From NCBI GenBank assembly GCA_030390025.1, contig CM059432.1, forward strand, positions 114,578,001 to 114,642,000: 64,000 nt of DNA. The letters run 5' to 3'. Below are positions 37,778-49,959 of the stretch, piece by piece; positions within the stretch are counted from its first letter, which is position 1; every line of letters begins with the position of its first letter. The position numbers and the translations under genes are program-made. This stretch comes from Squalus acanthias (taxonomy: Eukaryota). The notes beneath the pieces are model-generated. The model did no database searches. It was given only the letters and a program-made list of their open reading frames with translations, and was not told the origin of the DNA.

Positions 37778-38667
37778 AGTCTCTTCTAAATCGCTAGAAT
37801 GAAGGTCAAATAAAAATGAACCTGCAAAGTGCTGCTCAGGACCCAAAACTTCTTCACACAACGTTGAATCTCTCCAGACGTCTCTCTCCCTCTCAGAATG
37901 CGTGGTGCAAAAATTTTGCCAACAAGAAAAGGTAGGAAGCGGCCACTTTTAAATAGCGCTCCCCCAGCCCCTTCCCGACTGCAAAACGCTCCCCTCTACC
38001 TGTCGTTGCTAGCGGCAGGCAGAAAGGCAGGGGGCGTGACTCAATATCTGGTCCGGGGCGCTACCAGGGCATTGCACGGTCGACTGACATCACGATCTGC
38101 GGGCGCAGGAGATCGTGGCGGTAATGTTTAGCGCCGCAACAAAATGTCTGGTCAATTTCACGAGCGGCGCTAACATCGCCGCGCTCGGGCGCTAACTTCC
38201 TAGTGCCTCGTTAGCGCCCCCGGAGGCGCTATGCAACAAAATTTTTCCCCATAGAGTCATAACGGCACAGAAGGGGGCCATTCAGCCCATCGAATCCTGG
38301 AATTTATGGAGAGTTTAAAGAGGGCAGAGCACCTGCCAGCATGCACTTCTCTTTTTTGCGTTCAAAGTCACAGTAAGAAGAAATCACTGAGTCAACTCGC
38401 TGACTGACAACCGATCAGGACAAAGTACAGGGTAGACAGTGAGAAGAAAACTGGGACACAAGGACCTTGTTTACATTTTACAGACATCCCACTGCAAAAA
38501 CAGACTGTACAGCCAAAAACTGACAGGTGGCAACTCTGTGAGCACATGACCTATTTTATATATAAACGTTTGAAAGCCACATAAGTCGGGTGAAGTATAC
38601 TATTTTGTGGCACTTAAGCCCCCACCCTGCCCCTGAATCTTTGCTACTTTCAGTAGCACTTAAAATT

Positions 38668-39132
38668 GTTTGTCCCAAACTCTGATGCATGTATCTTGTC
38701 CCAATTATGTCCCACACATCCAGTCCCAGTCCTCAACTGAGCTACATTGGCTCCTGTCCCCAAACGCCTCAGGTTTAAAGTCTTCATTTTTTAATTCCTC
38801 TATGGACTCGCTCTACCATATCTGCAATCTCCTCCAGCCCTATTTCCCCCCAACTCTACATTCTTTTGATGCCAGCCTCTTATACATCACCCCCTCCCTG
38901 TGTCTCGCCACAGGTGGCAGAGCATTCACCGCCTGAGTCCTGCTCTCTGGAATTCCCTCCGTAAACCCTTCTGCCTCTCTACCGCTCTCTCCTCCTTTAA
39001 ACACATTCTCAAAACCCCCCTTTCCAACCATGCTTATCATCACCCTTCCTAATCTCTCTTTTCCTGGCTCAGCATCCTTTTCGCATCTGTGCCTTGGGAT
39101 GTTCTGTACACTATATAAATGTACGGTGTTGC
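38668..39132 (+). mobile_element. L2-type LINE 3' fragment, degenerate
   Basis: Relics of LHWL and ALWNSLP...FK..LKT, and a 3' end tgtgccttgggatg...tataaatg typical of L2. Confidence 0.65.
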
Positions 39133-40470
39133 TGAATGTTCACTGCTTTTGCAACATTTATGCCTCTAGTCTCAAATCTTCACCTCTTCTATTGAACCTT
39201 AAGGTTTTAAAGTACTACTATGAATGCTAATAATCTTTGCCGAGTCTAAAGATTTAAATGTTGTTTAAAGTGCTGAAAATTTAGGGGCAGGAGTGGGAGC
39301 ATAACTGACGCTGAAAGTGACCAAGATTCATGCGTGAGGTCAGAAGTCTTGCGTCACTGAAAACAATGAAGACTCGAGCACGGGGGACGAAGGCTACTGA
39401 AAATGGAAAAGATTTGGCAGCAGCCCAGCGCGCAGGACTGGGAGGCTTAAGTACTGGTGAAAGCAGAAAGGTTAGACAAAGGGGCAGTAAAAGCAGAAAT
39501 AGTGCTCTGGGAATTGGGGTGAGGGCGCTACTTTAGTACTTTACTTCCAAAGACTTTTAACTGAGTCTGATGAGCATCATAAGGATAGGGCTTGATAGTG
39601 AAAGGTAAAAGTGTATGGAGAAAGGGAGACAGAACGACATTAGAGTGCAATATGGGATCGAGGGTAGTAGCTAATGGGGGGGGTAGCACAGTGACGCTGG
39701 TACAACTGAAGGGGCATTGGGGAAGGTATTGGGATTAAGTGGGATTGTATATCATTGATGCCAGAGAGGTGGGATTCAGGGGATAGGTGTACGTAGTACA
39801 AATGAACAAGGATTAGCCAAGACAGTATGACTGAGGGGGATAGATGCGATTCTGCAGTGTATTGCAAAGGTGGTGTAATTTGGGGAGGTTTGCAGAAGCT
39901 GGTGGGTTGAAGGGAATGTAAGAATTCAGAGAGCCATGGTGCAATGTATTGGGACTGAAAGCAGGATGATTGAAGGTTGCATGATTAGGCACAGAAAGCC
40001 ATGATGAGATGAAGCAAGAGCACTTCAAAAAAGGCAGCATGAACACCAAAAGTGAGAAGGGACAAATATGGGAAAAGGTACAAGTATGGGAAGAGAAGGA
40101 AGAGGGGGGAAACGGTGAACGTTATGGAGAGACAGAAACAGGAAGGCGGCCATATGGAAAGGGGAGAGTCGAGGGGAGGGAAAGAGTGGGAATGCGGACA
40201 AGCACACAACTGAGGCCAAGACAAGAAAGGGCTGCAGCTGATACACCCTTCAACGTTCGGTGGTTCTTTCCGCACCATGGCATTCACCACCTCCCACATT
40301 AACAAGCAAAAAGAAAAGAGAAAGACAAACATAGAAGATGACTGAGCGATAAACTGAAAAGAGCTAGGTACAGAGAAACAAGAGAGAAAGAAACAGTAGC
40401 ATGTACATAACAGAGAGAGCAGGACAGAGAATGAATCTTCTCACACATTGTGAGCAATGGCACAGGTATT

Positions 40471-40637
40471 CACAGAATCCCAGAATCCCCACAGTGCAGA
40501 TAGAGGCCATTTCGGCCCATCGAGCCTGCACCGACACATATCCCACCCTATCCCCGTAACCCCACGTATTTAATCCCCCTAACACTAAGGGTCAATTTAT
40601 CATAGCCAAATCAACCTAACCCGCACATCTTTGGACT
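40471..40637 (-). mobile_element. HE1-like V-SINE, 3' part (elasmobranch SINE with a CR1/HER1-derived tail)
   Basis: Reverse complement reads agtccaaagatgtgcgggttaggttgatttggctatgataaattgacc (V-SINE core), then ...gatgggccgaaatggcctct...(GATTCTG)n tail. Family assignment is from memory. Confidence 0.7.
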
Positions 40638-40913
40638 ACTAGTATTCAATGAAAATCTATGCTACCTTGTTGTCAACAGGAGATAAAGCAACAGAAAAGG
40701 CAAAAATCATGAATAACTTTATTTTCCAGATATTTTTAATAGACCTATATACATACTTACCAAATATTTTTTGATTTCCCCATAAATAATGAGGTGTAGT
40801 TCAACAGCTTCAGGGAATCACTTAGACATACCACTATAAAAGGGATCTAGAGATAACTAACCAGTTAATCAAACTTCGCATAGTACTTAACACCAACTAC
40901 CTAGGATCAATAC

Positions 40914-40991
40914 CTCATTTCCTCAGCAGGCTCACTCTGTTCAGCTTCTGAATGGGATGCATGGTCAGGCACCACTTCCACTGTCTCACTC
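40914..40991 (-). CDS. RIMS2: Candidate RIMS2 cassette exon (78 nt, phase 2-2)
   Basis: gttcttttcaattgctcctactaccaaag|G AGT GAG...ATG AG|gtattg. Open reading SETVEVVPDHASHSEAEQSEPAEEM. Confidence 0.55.
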
Positions 40992-42463
40992 CTTTGGTAG
41001 TAGGAGCAATTGAAAAGAACAAAACAAACCACAAAAGCTAAATCACTGGCTCAATATAAAGGGAAGAGGAATCTAACTAGAGAGGGGGTGGGGAAAATGG
41101 CAAAAAGAAAGCATTCCAACTGGGAAACAAGGCAGTAATCTACTTCCTACACATACTTTACTAAAAAGGAGGATTTAAGAGACTTTACACTTAGTTAAGT
41201 AGGTATTTATCTACAGTTGTTATATGCTGGAGGGTAGCAATGAGCTTGTTATAAATTAATTACAGCAGTTTACTGTGTTTCACTGTACAATTCACTGATA
41301 GGGATAGTCCCAAGGATGATGCCTCAGGCCATCGAACAGTTAGCATTTGATTCAGCTTCACTGTTTCAGAAACAAATATTTCTGGTGACAAAGCGTGTTC
41401 AAACGCTAGGATATTTTTATTTTAAAACCTACTTTAATGATTTGGACCCTTCTGTTATTCATGTGGGCAGATTCTATGGAACGTAGTGATTATTTTCTTA
41501 TTATATCAAACAAGTACACATGCCATAATTTAAGCTACCTTTGCATCCCAGTTGATGTATATTTTTGAAGATGTAAATGGTGTGCAAAACAAATTGGAAT
41601 TAAGTACAGTAGCTTAATTGCTAAAGGTATTTTAGTTACAAAGGTAATTTAATTCCAATTCATTTGCAAAAATTCACTTTGGTTGGTAACCTCTGATATT
41701 CAACTGTTACGTATGAGACAACGCATTGAAATGTATACCACATACATCGGGACAGAAATATTTGGCTAAGACAGCATTAAAGTTGATTCATGGAATATTG
41801 CAAAAAATGGGACAAAAATTGATATTGGGGTTTCCCGGAGTTCAACTACCTTCCTTCACGGGGCAAAGTTTTGTTACACTCCTGCCATCCTAGAAGCTGA
41901 TGCAGTCTTTGCTTATTTAATTGAGTGATTGATTCATTGACTGATCTTCTATGCATTCCGCCCTGGGGGGGGAGGGGTTTGGTGTTTTCCAGTTTTCTCC
42001 CCACCCACCTCCTAAAGGTGGCTGGGTAGGCTTCAGAGGAACCGACATGAATAGCCACTGCCCCTTTTCATGTGTGAGTCTGGACAGTGAGTGTCGACAG
42101 GCTATTCAATCATGGTGCGGCATCAGAGTCAAGCTCAAACCTGTCTTCACTAGGCATCCACACGTGTGCATGTGCACTTTCAGGCAATGATGGCTGGACA
42201 GTGAAACCAGCATAACTCAAATCTTTGAGTACTGTGCTCTGTCGGGCCCAGTGCACATTACATTCAGTGAGTCACCACTCTTGGTGCAGAACCAGGCAAG
42301 CAGTGAGCATGTGTCAGAAAATTGAGGCTGCAATGTTGCAGCTCTACCCTGCCTACCATGGCTGTATCAAGATCCCACACTGGGATCTCACAAAATTACC
42401 CCCTATGTATTTACAAATTGAGCAATCAGTGAGCGTTGGTTTTGATTCAAATTAATAGTCGTT

Positions 42464-45400
42464 GAGTGCGATTTTCATCTTCAGGTGGAGAACAGTTCTA
42501 ATTTGGTCTGCACTGCTTTAAGACCCACCTGAATCCCAAGTGCCAATAGCACTCAAATTTCTGGTCTAATCTAATTATTCACAACAGCAGGTGCAAATTC
42601 AGGTGGGTATAAGGAGGACACCACTGGAAGGAGAGAAAAGTATATGTAAGTCAAATTTGAAGGGATGGAGACAATTAAAGGAGAGTAAGACCGTGGGGGA
42701 TGTGGGGGGATGGGCTAAAATTTAGAAAGCTTCTGGAGTGCAGTAAAAGGCATCTCAACCCATCAGCAACCTTTGCCAAGGCTGAAGGGGCAGAGGATTA
42801 AGGAGTGGTAGCCAGGATGAAAGGAAAGGAACCTGTAGGTCCAGCCATAAGTCAGCAGGCAAGTGACAGTGCAGCCCAGCACTTGGCCTCCTCTTTGACA
42901 GCTGCTGAAGTCGAGGTGACGCAGCATGAAATGCGTATGAGGAGGGTTTTCCTCCATGTCACTCTACAGCACCCTTTCCAGAGATCAGCATTGCAAGATG
43001 CCTGCAAGAAGATGCAGCCACATTTCAGGCCATAGCTGACTGTCAGTGTCCCTGCATATGTGGAAGTGCCGGGCTGCATGGTAGCCACAGGGTGCCCTGA
43101 CAGAGCTTGGCATCTTACCCTCAGCTGCAGTCATTCCTAGGTGGGGTTACCAGGGTCTGCAGAAATGCTTGGTGGCCATGGATCACCCTGGCGTGCTTCC
43201 TTTCGCACAATACAATGTAAAGCATGTCATGCTGTGATTGGGATGCTTCTGAAAAACCTTCCAACATAAAGTTTAGACAGGCATTCACATCTCATTGTGG
43301 TGCTACCAGAGGTCTGCTGCTGCAGCAGTCATTGGCAATAGGTCTCCACCAACATCTACCAAATTGAGGTATCCTGCCTTTCCTTGCAGATGTTGAGGTG
43401 CGGGTGTAGGCGGGAGGGCACAGAGCACCTCTCGGGCTGCCTGGCTTCCTTTCACTGATCCCCTTTACTTCTGAACATGTCAGCTTGTAGGATTCGTGGT
43501 GGCAAACCCTCTAAGTGCAGACACATCTTATATGGTGGGCCTGATCCAACATCCTGGCATTTGGCATGGGCCGCATTCAACAAAAGTTATTTGGACACAC
43601 TAACGTAGAAATTGGTATGCGTGTCGAACATTTTCTGGGTGTAAAACGGGTGCAATGTATACCAATTTCTGGTGCACGAAGTCCTGCACCTGATCTGCGC
43701 CGACAGTGTGGCCGCCGCCATATTGGTATCGACTGTTTTTAGGCGTACCTGGCGGCAGCCTGAAATTGTATCAATTTAAATATGCAAAGAAGGGTCTTGC
43801 GCCTGTTTCAGGACCTTCTGCAAAATGTGTGAAAAACTAGGTGGGGTATGCACCATGCAAGCTCCAACTAATATATCCAGTTCTACAATGGCCTAAACAG
43901 CCTTAGAAGGACCGCTGGAGGCCGCTGAAGAAACAGTAGGGAAAGAGCTCCAGGGCACTACTGTGGGTCATGCTCAGCAGTCCATGAATTTTCCTCTGCC
44001 CACCTCCCAGGACATACCACCGATGCAGCAGGCCCACATTTGATCCCCAGTTGTTTGTGGGGTTTGTTGTCATGAAAGAGGGGCTGAGGGAGTGGGGCTG
44101 AGGGAGTGGGGCTGAGGGAGAGGGGCTGAGGGAGAGGGGCTGAGGGAGAGGGGCTGAGGGAGTGGGGCTGAGGGAGAGGGGCTGAGGGAGAGGGGCTGAG
44201 GGAGTGGGGCTGAGGGAGTGGGGCTGAGGGAGTGGGGCTGAGGGAGTGGGGCTGAAGGAGAAGGGCTGAGGGAGCGGGGCTGAGGGAGCAGCTGTACTGT
44301 GCACCGCTCCCCTCCTCTCCCAGCCCCTGAACCGCGGCGGTTGCAGTTTGCAATATATAAACAGGACATGCAATTCCTCGCGTGCCTGTCTCCATCCCCT
44401 TGTTCCCAATTCGCCCAGCAGTGAAAAATATCTTTCACCCACAGTAGAGCTCCAAGGTTACACTCATCCGTTGAGTGGCTGCTCCTCTCTCAGCATCCCT
44501 CCCACACACTACGTTGCTGCTGCTGCTCCTGCCTCTGCCGGAAATGCTGGGCCATACACCCACATAAAACTCCAATTCTCCAGTTCACTCTCACCCACCC
44601 AAACCCCAATACCCCCGATCCCAGACTCCCCCTCTCCCATGAGCCCTTATCCCTGACTCTTAATCCCCATTCTCCCCAACCCGCAGTCCCATTGCCCTCT
44701 TCCTCTTACCCCTACTACCTGCATCTCAATCTACCGACCCCCCAACAACCCCGAGTTTCAATCTCCCGATCCCGAGTCCCAATCGCCTGCTTCACACCCC
44801 CGTCCAAGTCCCAGTATTCAGCCACCTAGTCTGTTGACTCTCTTCCTTCCCAGTCTAGCCCAAGGCCACAACTTTCCTCACTCCTTATCTCACTTCCCTT
44901 CATCAGCTGGTCTTGTTTCCAGTCACCCCTGAGCGGGGGCCGGCTCTATGTGCTGTGGGGGGAGCGGGGTAAGGAGCGGAGAGAGAAGAGGGGCAGCTGC
45001 TGCAGCGAGAAATTCTTCCGGGCTGTTAGAAGGCGTGCCCGGCAGATTCACGCCCCATTTTAAGTACAGCTCCCCGCAGGTCGGATGAGACATTTCACGG
45101 GCCGGATGTTTTACACCACTGCTCTAGTGCCAATAACGGGAGTTTGGGGCAAAATAAATAAATAACAGCAACTGGCACAAATGGCCAGCTGCAGGAAAAA
45201 ACTATAAGAAGGGCCATTAAAAGGCTTAATGCACTTACCTTTAAACTATGTGCACCTTTTAAAATCCCTTCTACCTGAAGGTCTGCCTAATGCCTTGTTC
45301 CCACCAGGTTTCACTGAGCACGCTACAGACTCGCTGTCAAGACATCCATTGGCCACAGTATGGTGTGGCACCCTTCCCACCCACTCTTACATACTCTAAA

Positions 45401-45567
45401 GAAGCTCCTGTTTGCTTCAAGTGCGAGTTTCAGAAGCCTACCCCAGGACCGACAAGATGATAGAATAGGTGTTAAACCAGTGTGAATTCAGCAGAAATCT
45501 GGTCTGTCGGATTTCCCGACTTCTACTGTCCCCAAATCAGGGTGCTCGGAAGATGAAAATTGGTCCC
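42464..45567. mobile_element. Probable old Harbinger element with transposase relics and nested insertions
   Basis: Ends GAGTGCGATTTTCATCTTC / GAAGATGAAAATTGGTCCC are imperfect inverted repeats. Minus-strand relics (LNF/YVG..FQ, ALHCI, GYHSL) at ~43300-42790 are in transposase order. Confidence 0.4.
44078..44288. repeat. 14-bp G-rich minisatellite (GAGGGAG(T/A)GGGGCT)~15
   Basis: Direct reading. It explains the spurious PSAPLPQPHSLS ORFs in all three minus frames. Confidence 0.95.
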
Positions 45568-45764
45568 ATCATCTCTAAGAGTGTAGTTTTACTGCCAGGA
45601 ATTATTAGAAATCAGTCATCTCTGCTTTAGCCCCCTATTTCATTTCACATTTTTGCAGATTTGCCAGAAATTTCCACAGGGGTTCTCCAGATCTCGCACT
45701 GTAACTTCGGTACTAAATCGATGGACTCCCCCAGAGAAATGGCAAAAATGGCCTTTGACACCCT

Positions 45765-45965
45765 CTCTTCAGGGCTTCTGCCGAGGTCTGGAATGTCCTC
45801 CCTAAACCACTCCACCACCCTCTCCTCCTTTAAGATCTCCTTTAAACCACCTCCTTGAACAAGCTTTTTGTCACCCTTCCAAATATCGCCTTTTTGGCTC
45901 AGTATCCATTTTTTTTTTATTATGCCTCTGTGACGCGCCTTGAGATGTTTTTCTACATGAAAGAC
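45765..45965 (+). mobile_element. L2-type LINE 3' fragment
   Basis: Similar to 38930-39110 (ctggaa..ccctaaacc..ctctcctcctttaa..aaaacc..gccttgagatgtttt). Confidence 0.55.
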
Positions 45966-45968
45966 AAT

Positions 45969-46635
45969 GAGGGCAAAATTGGGTCGCGCCCCGAAAAAGT
46001 TAGCGCCCCTGCGGCCAAAATTCACTGGTAGCGCCCCAAGCTTCCAGTAGGGCCCGCCTCCCTCTTCGAGCGCTGTGAGTGAATATCGCGGTGCTACGTG
46101 CCGCAACGCCACGTGGCGCCGCGGTACTGCAGGCCTTCCTCCCCTTATTAAAGGGGAGGGGCCTAGCACAGCGCAACCCGGTGCCCAGTTGGGCCACCAG
46201 GGATCGGAGAGCCGGGCTCATGGAGCGCATCAGGTACCCCGCGGGGGGGCTTCACAGGAGGCCAGGGACAGCAATGGGGGCAGGTGCTGGCAGGCGGCCA
46301 GCAACAAAAATGGCCGCCCGGCACCTCCCCTTTAATTTGCGCCACCCCGGCCGCACGTAAGCCCCTCTGACCCTGTCAGACATAGCGTCCGGCGGTAAGT
46401 CAGGGGGCGCAACCGAAGATTGCGGCCGGGGCGCTGCGCATGGCGCCGACATCATCGCCAGAGGCGCAGCGCCATGGGGCACTAACGGTTACCGCCACCA
46501 CTAACCTCCCGCTGAATTTCGAGGGAGGCAATAGCGGCGCCGCGCCCGGGCACTAGTTGCTTTGCGCCCCGTTAGCGCCCTAAGAGCGCCCTCTTAGGAC
46601 GCTAACAGGAGGCGCAAATCAATGAATTTTCCCCC
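45969..46635. mobile_element. Harbinger MITE, family C (CpG-rich)
   Basis: TIRs GAGGGCAAAATT / AATTTTCCCCC and many TAGCGCC/GGCGC motifs. Homologous to 56386-56831 and to the right subterminal region of the 34145-38250 element. Confidence 0.85.
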
Positions 46636-46689
46636 ATTAATGAAAAAATATTTCAGCACAACTTATTGAGTGTCAAGCCCTACCAACTA

Positions 46690-47114
46690 CAGGAAACTTT
46701 CGTTTATCCGGCACCCAAATATCCGGAATTCTCGCTTAACCGGCAAAAATCATCCTCCGAAAACTCCTCTCAAATAACCGGCAATGTTGCCGAGTCGCAG
46801 TCGAGTCTCCGCGAACGCCGAGTGCTCCGAAAACTCCTCTCAAATAACCGGCAATGTTGCCGATCCCGAGTCCGAGACCGAGTCCGCGAACGCCGATTTA
46901 GTCAGTAGGGGTACTTTTCAAAAGTGCCACTACTCGGCCACCTGGCGCTGTCGGAAGTCCGAAACACTGCAGTAGCAGGATTTGATTCTCCCGCGCTGCC
47001 TGGAGTCTCTTTGTTAAAAATAGCCTCGGTAGATATAACTCTCCATTATCCGGTACTTTCGATAAACCGGCACCACGCCGGTCCCGTCGATGCCGGATAA
47101 ACGAAAGTTTCCTG
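46690..47114. mobile_element. Tc1/mariner (pogo/Tigger-like) MITE, 425 bp
   Basis: Perfect 24-bp TIR CAGGAAACTTTCGTTTATCCGGCA / TGCCGGATAAACGAAAGTTTCCTG with TA on both sides, and an internal 70-bp tandem duplication (46755/46825). Confidence 0.92.
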
Positions 47115-48996
47115 TACATAGTCAAAATATTGAACAGTATTTGCAGTTATTTACGCTAGTCTACCAATTTTATTTTCTCATTCAGTCATCCTGGAAACAC
47201 AACCTATCCAGCATACAGCAACAGAGGCAGAACTTTTAACCATCTAACTACTTCAGGGAGTTGATATGGAGCTAGCTACTGTGAACCTAAGGTACCTGTC
47301 AGTGTCAGTGGAAGGCTGCTGGATTTCTATCCTTGGGCAAGCTGTTCTTCTGTTTGCTAAAGAAACCTGGCTGTTTAGTCAATAGACAAAACAAGATGCA
47401 CTGTTAGCACAACACAAATATGGACTTGCTTAAGAAGCAAAATGGGCTTTCATATCCTTTACATATGGTATTAGAAAAAGGATTATCTTTTACCTGCATA
47501 CCAGTAATCTTAGTGAATTAACTAATTGAATTAATTAAATCACAGTTTGTTCTTTAAAAATACTATACTTATCTTATTCTATTTTATTTCAAATGAAACT
47601 ATATTTATGCAGAATATAGAAAATTTAATGTCGCAAACTTATTTCTTTAGAAGATATTTTTCCATCAATCTTGACTTTCAAATGTCCCATTAGTAAGTGA
47701 TCCAATTGGGCAACATTTAATGAGACAGAAATGTCTTTATATGCTGTGATTCCATCTCAGCTGGCCTGACTGTGGAAAAACAGAGGCAACTGTTTCAACA
47801 GAGGGAGGAAAATCGGGAGGGCAGATCAACCCATCCACCTCCTGGCAGCAGATCACATAGTAACACTGGAAGTGGCCTGGAAGCAATCTGTCTTACTTCT
47901 ACTGATTGGGAGCTGCTGCCTGGCACAAAGCCACCTACAGAAGGGGAGAAATAATTTTTAAAAACTAGCTGATAAGATGAAAATTAACAGCGCCAATGAT
48001 GTATGGTATTTTACTGAGGTTTTATTCTGTAATTAACCTTACTCAACACCCAAGCTTTGTTGCTAAGCAAGAATAATTACACCATAGTCTAATGTGACAT
48101 TTCCACAGAGGTTGACCAGTTGAGAAACTCTAATTTCACTTTAGCACTGCAGGCATCTGACACAGATACAATACTGCTTGAGCAGTCCTTTCAAAAAACT
48201 GGAAATTGGAATTTTCCTTCAATACAAATTAGTAATTGCTAACATCGATTTTTTTTTAGCAAAAGAACACCCTGCTATGGTTATTACCGACCCTCTCACA
48301 AGGAAGTTGCAGCAACTTTCATTAAATTGTGTACTGCACACATTTATTGTTGTTGTTAAGTCCCTTTTAGCAATAAATTACATCACAAATGCTCAACTGC
48401 CAAAAATATGAAATGGTGCACAGTTCAAAGCTTGCAAAAACAAAGGACGCTTGTTTCTCTCTCCCCCTTCCCCCTCCAATTGTCTCCTGAAAATGCTGAT
48501 AGATGGATATGGTTCCATGGCCATTGGTCTTCCTCTGCGATCTTACTTAAGTGGCCATCTTCATAAGTGAGCCCAAAGAGTATATGCTGGTAGGCTATTC
48601 AACCACATGGGCATCACAGCTGAGCCTGATCCTGTCCTCCTTGCCGTTATGTGACAATCACATGTAAAGACTGACCAGGGTGGCAAGATACTGGAGTGTG
48701 ACCGGTGCCTGTGGAATGCTGCTGCAGCATGAGTTAGCGTCTTTAAGAGGAAAAGACGAAAAAAATCAAATTTTTACAAACATGTGACTTCAACAAAGTG
48801 GGTTCAGCTATTTCTTAAATCGGTAACACAATTAGGGATGTGTGCTGTAATTACCTCAAACAGATCCTCGAAGAACAAAATAAAGATCACTGCCGTGGTG
48901 CTACGAGGCCTTTTAAAAAGCCGTAAGTTTCACTCCTGTGATGATCCACTAGTTTATCTCTGAAACGACGCAAGAGCTAGGAGGATGTTCGAATGA

Positions 48997-49095
48997 AATG
49001 TTAACTCTGTTTCTTGCTCCATAGATGTTGAGTATTTTCCAGAATATTCTGTTTTTATTTCAGATTTCCAGCATTTGCAGTATTTTGCTTTTTTT
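48997..49095 (+). mobile_element. Short repeat remnant resembling the terminus of shark Penelope-like elements
   Basis: gttaactctgtttct..ccatagatg..gagtattttccag..ttctgtttttatttcagatttccagcatttgcagtattttgc. Recognised from memory only. Confidence 0.4.
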
Positions 49096-49335
49096 TTAAT
49101 ATTTAAAATAAGTAGGTAAAACAAATCTATGGCTTTTATTTTTCTGGAAGATGTTTATGTGGTCTGCAGTGCTGTGATGTAATTTTGACCATAGCTTTTG
49201 GTCATCTTTCCTAACTTTTTACTGCTGCTCAACGTCTGTTCTCCTCTGGAAAATTCCTTGGAACGTTTTCTCCGTTTGTGCAGACGGTCCGACATGTTGT
49301 GTCAGTCGGTTTTGCTCCCATAATTCCCCTATACC

Positions 49336-49652
49336 CAGGGGGAGATTAATGCGCGGGGCTACTGGGCCTGTGCTCAGGGGCTCCAGCCAAATATGTAGCC
49401 CCCGGTAAAATTCACCATCAACGCAGAAAAACTACATATAACCACTGGATCAGTTTCATCTAAGTTTAGTGTGTTGTGATATGATTTGCTTTGTTATTAA
49501 TGCAGTGTGTATATATCCTACAGATCTATTTAGTCATTCATTTCACACACATTTGTGTTTTAGTGGATCGGGTGGTGTGTTGTGTGTGGGGTTCGGAGGG
49601 GCCCCAAATGTTCTTGGGGCCCAGGGCCCCAAGAATCTTTAATCGGGTTCTG
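49336..49652. mobile_element. Possible old hAT-type MITE
   Basis: Ends CAGGGGGAGATTAA / TTAATCGGGTTCTG, GGGCCC-type subterminal repeats, and 8-bp flanks CCTATACC/CTCACACC (5/8). Confidence 0.45.
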
Positions 49653-49959
49653 CTCACACCTATCAAGTCTCCTTCAATAGGTGGGAGTCTCAAATACGAG
49701 ATTATAATCTCAAACTATTTCACATCAGTATCACAATGTTCAATTGACACAAACGTGAAATGGAACTGTTCAGTCCCAGTTGGGCACTTTTCTTTTGCTC
49801 CCAATAAACTAATAAAACTACAGGCCATAGATTTTGGGATACCCCCACTGCCATAATGTTCTTTTTCTTTCCCTCATAATCCAGCTGGAGAAAGCGAACA
49901 AGAACTGCCATAGTGGTACCCATACCTATAAACAAAACAAAGGAGATAAACAGCAGAAG

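Larger units (their letters stand above)
34145..38250. mobile_element. Full-length (~4.1 kb) PIF/Harbinger DNA transposon, formerly autonomous
   Basis: TIRs GGGGGAGAAATT / AATTTTTCCCC, apparent TSD ATA. Two convergent genes (Myb/SANT on +, DDE transposase on -), with GGCGCTA/TAGCGCC subterminal repeats. Confidence 0.93.

Noticed and set aside
36615..37861. Host gene HARBI1
   Set aside because: It lies within TIRs/TSD beside a Myb partner and has disabling mutations, so it is a transposon copy and not the domesticated gene.
40660..40710. Possible recursive splice site (pyrimidine tract, then AAG|GTAGCA) on the minus strand
   Set aside because: Poor match to the YAG|GTRAG consensus; not supportable without RNA data.
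43903..44442. Pro/Ser-rich ORFs in three frames
   Set aside because: Translation artefact of the 14-bp minisatellite.
49155..49295. Small minus-strand ORF MSDRLHKRRKRSKEFSRGEQ... as an alternative RIMS2 first exon
   Set aside because: No recognisable homology, only a weak donor, and no promoter evidence.
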